Assembly (NCBI RefSeq): GCF_006345805.1
Contig: NC_043009.1
Span: 34,596,001-34,660,000 of the forward strand
Source: Octopus sinensis
Taxonomy: Eukaryota
DNA: 64,000 nt
Direction: 5' to 3'
How positions within the stretch are numbered: the first letter of the stretch is position 1; each line of letters starts with the position of its first letter. A program made the position numbers and the translations under genes. The notes below the pieces were generated by a model. It saw only the letters and a program-made list of their open reading frames with translations, was not told the origin of the DNA and searched no databases. Positions 57,137 through 64,000 of the stretch are shown piece by piece.

Positions 57137-57190
57137 TGTATGTATGTATGTATGTATGTATGTATGTATGTATGTATGTATGTATGCACG

Positions 57191-57224
<34 letters not shown>

Positions 57225-57513
57225 ATATACGTGCATACATACATACAGATAAGTTTCTGTATTTGTTTTGCAAGATTCCTGATATGAAAACGCGAGTTGA
57301 GACTGATACACTTGGAGATGGTATTTTTCTTTACAAATTGAACACATGCACTATTTATTTGATCTTCACTTTAGTTTTTATTTGTATTATTTTTAGTGTA
57401 TACGTCTGTCAAAATACTTTCGTCACACACTCTGTGACCTCGTCAGTTTCTGTATCCCATGTGACTCTCCTTGCCCTGCTTATTCCAGTTTGTCCTTCTG
57501 ACATATTATATAC

Positions 57514-57628
<115 letters not shown>

Positions 57629-57734
57629 ATATATATGTATATAGGATAAAAGTTTTTCGAAAAAAATTTTTATCAATGGCCAGCATATTATAAAATACCT
57701 TTAAAGGTTAAATTTATAAACAACTTAAAAACAC

Positions 57735-58044
57735 GGTCAAAAGAAAAAAGTTTCTAATCCCAAATATTCCGAAACTAGACACAACGTCCATAACCATATA
57801 AATCATCACTATAAGCACGTGTCTCGAAGAAAACCGACAGAAATTTCTAAAACATTTATCACTGACAAAGAGAAGGTTCTTATGGACTAACTCTGAAATC
57901 GGGTCTGATATGGTAATAACGGAATTTTTTAGAAATTTCTGTCGGTTTTCTTCGAGACACGTGCTTATAGTGATGATTTATATGGTTATGGACGTTGTGT
58001 CTAGTTTCCTCATATTTGGCATTAGAATTTTTTTTCTTTTGACC
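57735..58044. repeat. Inverted repeat (~118 bp arms, ~75 nt spacer) between (TA)n tracts
   Basis: 57735-57852 is the reverse complement of 57927-58044. Confidence 0.85.
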
Positions 58045-58211
58045 TTGTTTATAAGTTATATATATATATCTGTGTGTGTGTATGTGTATAATGTATATAT
58101 GTTTGTATATTTAACATATTTATAAGCTTTTATATGTTTATCTAGCGCATATATGTGTGTATACACATACACTAGTATACACACACTCACACAGACACAC
58201 GCACTCACACA

Positions 58212-58267
<56 letters not shown>

Positions 58268-58869
58268 TTCACATATTTACATATGTATATATATATATAC
58301 ACACTGTAATACCTCATACCTCACTTTACGAGGAGCCCATTTACGAGACCCCGAGTTTACGAGTTTTAGTTTTCAGCTCACTTTTGTATGTTGAGCTCAA
58401 ATTTTTCAAACACAAGATCCAAATTTTGAACGAAGTGCCAAAGTTTCTACTACTATAACAAATGCTTCTGCGTGTTACCCAGAAATTTATTGAGAGCGAA
58501 AGAAAGCTTCATCCAAGCAAACAACTCTAGAATTGTTTTTTAAAAAGAAATCTACAAGTTCGTCTACGAGTGCCTCTGAATCGGCAATCGCGTCTACGAT
58601 GGTGGTGTGTGCGACTCTAGTGCGAGTGAAAGTGATGCAGCAAACGTTTATAATAATAATATTTTTAATCATAAATGATCCTGATATTCTTTTTACCTTA
58701 CATAAAATATTCTTCACATTCTACTGCTGTTTTGCTGCCATTTATTTACATATGTTTAAAATTAAATATATAGTCAGATGCATGCACCAACCCATATGTT
58801 TTTATACGCATACGCACTTGTATATGTACCCACAAGGAGACTCAGACACCCCTCAGATAACCGCCCACA

Positions 58870-58907
<38 letters not shown>

Positions 58908-59059
58908 TAGTTGAATGAATTATCTTATTATGGATAATTCGGTTAACCGATACCTGGGTAGCAAATTCACGTCAGAAAAACACGGTTGAAGCTACATGCC
59001 AAGGGCAGAGATCACGTGCTTTCGTGTGGAAATTTGTGTGTTTTTTTAAAATACAAATA

Positions 59060-59216
59060 AATGAAGGAATGGAGTTGAACGACGAATTAACAAAATTCCT
59101 TTATTCTCGACATATGTTTCGAAGGCTGCATATTCCTAATTAGGAATATGCAGCCTTCGAAACATATGATGAGAATAAAGGAATTTTGTTAATTCGTCGT
59201 TCAACTTCATTCTTTC

Positions 59217-59220
<4 letters not shown>
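59060..59220. repeat. Loopless palindrome (~80 bp arms) containing the 3' half of a hammerhead
   Basis: Centred on CCTAA|TTAGG at 59139/59140. The left arm read on the minus strand gives cGAAAcAUAUgUC. Confidence 0.8.
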
Positions 59221-59244
<24 letters not shown>

Positions 59245-59254
<10 letters not shown>

Positions 59255-59645
59255 CGTCCACTCGTGACCGAGGAAGATCATTGCCGACCTTCAGGAACAT
59301 TGTGCGCTCTAGGACTAACTTATATTTTGCATTTGCGGCTCCGTTGGTGGCTAATGAGCACTGCTCTTGACAAGCATACACGACTGCAAATATTGCAGAC
59401 CAAGCTTTCCCCATTCACTATACGAGCCGTGCGCTTTCGCGCAGCTCGCTTAAGTTCTTCATGCTGGATACATGCTCTCTCAAAAGTGTCGATCTCCTCC
59501 TTAACCTGCTTCCTCCATCTGTGGCGATGACAGGCATTGTTCTCCCAGTCAGTGTCTACTCATGTGAGACATGGACTCTGTACAAACGTCAGGTAAGGGT
59601 TCTTGAACGTTTTCATCAGAGATGTCTCAGACACAATCTCAATGT
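59245..59645. mobile_element. Short RTE LINE 3' fragment with 5' inversion
   Basis: Minus 59530-59245: RWRKQVKEEIDTFE...CNICSR plus 3' end abutting (TA)n. Plus 59545-59645: YSCETWTLYKRQVRVLERFHQRCLR. Confidence 0.75.
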
Positions 59646-59739
59646 TGGCTCGATCTCATATATATATATATATATACATACATAAACACACATACATGCA
59701 TACATATGTATGTGTGCATGTGTATATATAAGACAAAAA

Positions 59740-60120
59740 CAACAAAAACAGATACTTAGAGGAATATATAATGTCTCTGAAAAGATCTGCAAAATGCAAT
59801 ATCACAATGGGCCATGCAAAATCAAATATTACGCATGAAGAAAAAGAAGATTTGGAATCTTTACAAAAAGATCAGTCAATAATTATTAAAGAAGCGGACA
59901 AAGGAGGGGCAATTGTCATAATGGATAAACTCCATTATAGAGAAATGGTCCTTGAGCACCTAAATGACCAACACTTCGAGAAAAATTAGAAAGTAATCTA
60001 GATAGGTATACATTAAATGAGATTATTAAACTTACAAACACATATAAAAAGGAACTTACAAAAAAGTTAGATTACCTTTGAAGTAAAAATCAGTAACTTC
60101 TATGGTCTTCCGAAAATCCA
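59740..60120 (+). mobile_element. Penelope-like element RT N-terminal remnant
   Basis: SNITHEEKEDLESLQKDQSIIIKEADKGGAIVIMDK...NFYGLPKIH. Confidence 0.88.
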
Positions 60121-60124
60121 CACT

Positions 60125-60420
60125 CGCATCTCCACACCCCAACACCACCACACCCTATCACCACCACAACCCACACGCCACCACGCCACATCATGCCACA
60201 CCACACCATACCACCACAACACAACACAACACACCAAATATCACCACACCACACCACATCACACCACTCCGCACACACTAGCACTGACCACTTTCCAGCA
60301 CACACACCACACCACACACCATCACACCACACCACATCACACCACATCACACCATCCCGCACGCACTAGCACTGACCACTTCCAGCACCCACGCCATCAT
60401 CCACACACCCATACATCGCA
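60125..60420. repeat. Degenerate (CACCA)n repeat
   Basis: Directly visible. Confidence 0.85.
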
Positions 60421-60777
60421 GACACACACACGCACACATCATCAAGTCAAGGTCACCATTCCCTATCCAACACACACGCATACACTCACATATACACGCA
60501 CGCGCACCTTCATTTTGGGATCACCTATACTTTATTATTTCCCCTTCTTCTTAGCTCTCCTGCCTAACCACCTCCGTCCAGCCAGCCGCCATGATTGCCC
60601 ACTAGCCGCTAAAGCTTTTTTAATTCTCTCTCTGCTTATTTCCTCGTGTTCCTTTCTGTGGAAGAGCTTTGGCTCGAAACGTAATACACTTTCTCACCTT
60701 CCCGAGCGTTAAACAAATACACCTGTTTGTTGTTTATACACCTGTCTTCCTCCATTGTTTTTCTGTAAATTCCAACC

Positions 60778-60849
<72 letters not shown>

Positions 60850-60853
60850 TATA

Positions 60854-60958
<105 letters not shown>

Positions 60959-61365
60959 ATATATATATATATGCATGTGTATATGTGTATGAATGCATGC
61001 ACGTTTGTAGTTATTTCACTTTATTTGCATCTTTGAGGCGTTTTGAAACTCGGCAACCATTACATCTGCTTTCCATTCATCCCCCTTCTCCAAACGCCTG
61101 AATATACTTTCGCTATTCCCGTTAATTAACGCCAACTACAAATATGTAGCCTGAGAATACACACATTGTTCTTGTTTAACTCATTCTACTGAATAATAAG
61201 CAATTGATTAGGTTTTCGTTTCATGTTAATAGAATAAAGACAGATCATTATCTACACTTTCTAACTCCTTTGATTCTCTGGAATCCTTCATTTTCTAACG
61301 GTTATTTAAGCAAATCAAAACTTTCCATGAAAAATCAGATTATTCTTTACACACACGTACACACA

Positions 61366-61409
<44 letters not shown>

Positions 61410-62309
61410 TACACACACAGATGCAACACACGCGCGCGTGTATGAACAATTTAGAGACTATTACATCACATATTCCCATTTGACAATTGAAAATACATGT
61501 TTTAAAAATAAACATTCTACTTTAGCCCCGCTGAGGAATACCAACAAATTGGTTTTATAGATCTTTAAAAATATCTCCGTGAAAAGACATAGGTGGTCCA
61601 ACCTTATAACTTTCTATTCCTCTTATGGAAGCTATTTAGCTATAGGCTATTTAGTGCTATTTGGAGTGTCTTCAAACTAAGATCAGCTAAATTAGTCAGT
61701 CTAATTTGCACTGGAGGGAAAATTGCAGGAACAGGTGCGATAATATTCGAAATTAATTGAACCTGGAGAAGTACAGGTCAAAAAGTGGAAGCTTAAAAAT
61801 ATCGCTGTTGAAGTAAGAAATGAAATGCTTTTCTTTTGTTCGAATGTTAAAGTTTAACACTATTTTAAATTCTAACTTCCCCTACAAAGAAAATTCTCTA
61901 TGGAAATTGAAATATTTACACATTATAAAATAAAATAGAGTGAATGATGTGGGGGTTTTGAAGTATTCGTGTATGATGTAGATGTAGCCTGTCTTTAAAA
62001 ATTGAAAACTGCGAAGTTATCTTCTTTTCATATTTTTCTCCTTTAGCTGATCTGATATTTAGGTATACAAAAGTACGATATCATCTAGGTAGGAAGAGTA
62101 GGATGTACTTGTATCCCGTCACTCTTGTGTCTCCTAATTCTATTTGAAAAACCTTCGCAAGTTAATTTAGCTTTCTACATTTCATATCACCAAGCTCAGA
62201 ATATAACTCTTTCCTTTTTTTTGGAATGATGCATCTCAAAACAGATATTGATATAAAATACCGTGCAAATATTAGGATAAAAAAATCGTTTGTATAGATA
62301 AAGTCGAAG

Positions 62310-62385
62310 GCTGATGGTGGGACTCGAACCCAATCTCGTGTAAACATAACAGGTGTTCTATTAATAGACCAAAGTAATCTTTCGA
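62310..62385 (-). pseudogene. Highly degenerate tRNA-like remnant or SINE head
   Basis: Minus strand ends GGGTTCGAGTCCCACCA (B box/T arm). The 5' half is poorly conserved. Confidence 0.35.
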
Positions 62386-62595
62386 ATTTCTCCATCGGCC
62401 ATATTATCCTGAGCGGGTGCTCGTCGTTTTGATTGAGTTGCAATCACGCGTGAAGCGATGACTGTAGCGGTAAGTTTGGTATCTGAAATGTTATTTGCTG
62501 ACGTTTTGTCCTTCAGATCCTGATTCCGAGGACAAAGTAAGTTTTTCATTAATCTTCGAAGCTGGTGACATTTTAGAAACGATATTGTTGCTTAT

Positions 62596-63005
62596 ACTCT
62601 TACTCTTTTCTCTTTTACTTGTTTCAGTCATTTGACTGCGGCCATGCTGGAGCACCGCCTTTAATCGAGCAACTCGACCCCGGGACTTATTCTTTTGTAA
62701 GCCCAGTACTTATTCTATCGGTCTCTTTTGCCTGAACCGCTAAGTAACGGGGACATAAACACACCAGCATCGGTTGTCAAGCAATGCTAGGGGTACAAGC
62801 ACAGATACACAAACATACACGCATATATATATATATACATATATACGACGGGCTTCTTTCAGTTTCCGCCTACCAAATCCACTCACAAGGCTTTGGTCGG
62901 CCCGAGGCTATAGAAGAAGACACTTGCCCAAGGTGCCACGCAGTGGGACTGAACCCGGAACCATGTGGTTGGTAAACAAGTTACTTACCACACAGCCACT
63001 CCTGC
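62596..63005 (-). mobile_element. SINE family B, full length
   Basis: Reverse complement of the 15133-15595 family. Confidence 0.9.
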
Positions 63006-64000
63006 ATGTTCATTTTTTCTTTGCATTTGAAGTTCTACTAGTTAGAAAGCCCTCAAATCTGTCTTAATGTTCCAATGCTAACTCATGTTTCTTGTCATCT
63101 CACTATCTTCCATACTCTTTTATGATAGCAAGCCTAAGATCAATCTCATTATCGATGTTCTATGCTGCGAGCTTCATGGCTCGTCGTCCTAGGTGCCGGG
63201 GCAGACATTCATAACCAGGTAAATGACTGACCATTTCTGCCTGTTTTCTTGCCCAATCCTCAGTTTTGAACGCCAGGAGCACACTTACAGATTAATTTCC
63301 TTTATCAATACAGGAGGTATAGTCCCATATGTCATAAGGACCCGTTTTGACTCTTCTGAATGCCGTTGAAGATTCCCTGCCATTTTTCTGAAGCGGAAGT
63401 GTTACCTTTCTTCTTGTTAATTCTAAGATTAATCTCTCATAGAAGTCGACACTTCCGTATATCACACATCGTTACTTTTGTTGGTTTTCCTTTACAGAAG
63501 TTTTATTAATGTCCAATGACTTGTCAAACCACGCTAGAAGAGATCTGTCGTTGTTATTGTTGTTCTTGTTCTTGTTGTTAATAGCTATGTCTGTGTCGTG
63601 TGAATTAATGTTTCAAACTTTGACAATTGAGATACTTCAACTGACAAAGCGAGCCTGTCTAAATAAATTACTTTGCTTTGGTTTTTGTCAGTTTTCCAGG
63701 GGGCGTTTCTGTTTTTTAACGGGGAGAATAAATTTAAACTTGATATGTAAAATATAAACGGTGTGCAAAAAATCAAAAAATGAACAGAACATATTTTTTT
63801 GGCAAATGTTTTGAAAGCTCCCAGTATCTAAAATAATCAAAAAGAAAAAAAAAAAAAATTCAGTAAAACTTGGTAATAATTCAATTTTCTTAGAATTGAC
63901 TCTAGAGATAACCTTTCTTTCTTTTGTCTCGGGTTTTGTTGTAACTTCTGGAGTCTTGCATGTGTAGCGGGCTTGCTGCCTACAGCCTATGGTACGCTGC

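Noticed and set aside
62310-62385. Functional tRNA gene
   Set aside because: Only the T-arm/B-box end is preserved; the D arm and anticodon arm do not fold.
63060-63500. Possible downstream exons for the 62.5 kb candidate
   Set aside because: Frames between the plausible acceptor and donor contain stops; the region may be a very old LINE remnant.

Overview
AT-rich, microsatellite-saturated eukaryotic DNA that is intergenic or intronic. The SINE families, (TA)n/(CA)n/(TATC)n load and TE mix suggest an octopod cephalopod; this is inferred and not database-checked. No intact protein-coding gene is recognisable, and most long ORFs in the track are read-throughs of simple repeats. The window holds decayed mobile elements: R4/Dong-like, RTE and CR1 LINEs, mariner and maT transposons, Helitron remnants, at least three tRNA-derived SINE families, and four coding remnants of Penelope-like elements (PLEs). 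The strongest unexplained signal is a set of ORF-less, (TA)n-embedded fold-back elements of unrelated sequence. Several carry a type-I hammerhead ribozyme (CUGANGA...GAAA, palindromic stem III, NUH site): 7090-7158 with a mirror copy at 6957-7025, 12691-12764, 17326-17399 and 18506-18540. Degenerate or truncated cores lie at 11903, 32490, 39459, 59140 and 60653. Two of the elements look like ~490-540 bp terminally redundant units with an inverted partial copy in front, resembling non-autonomous PLE or retrozyme-like replicons. Two retroelements show twin-priming-like 5' inversions. Two weak candidate host-gene exon structures lie at ~44.4 kb and ~62.5 kb.
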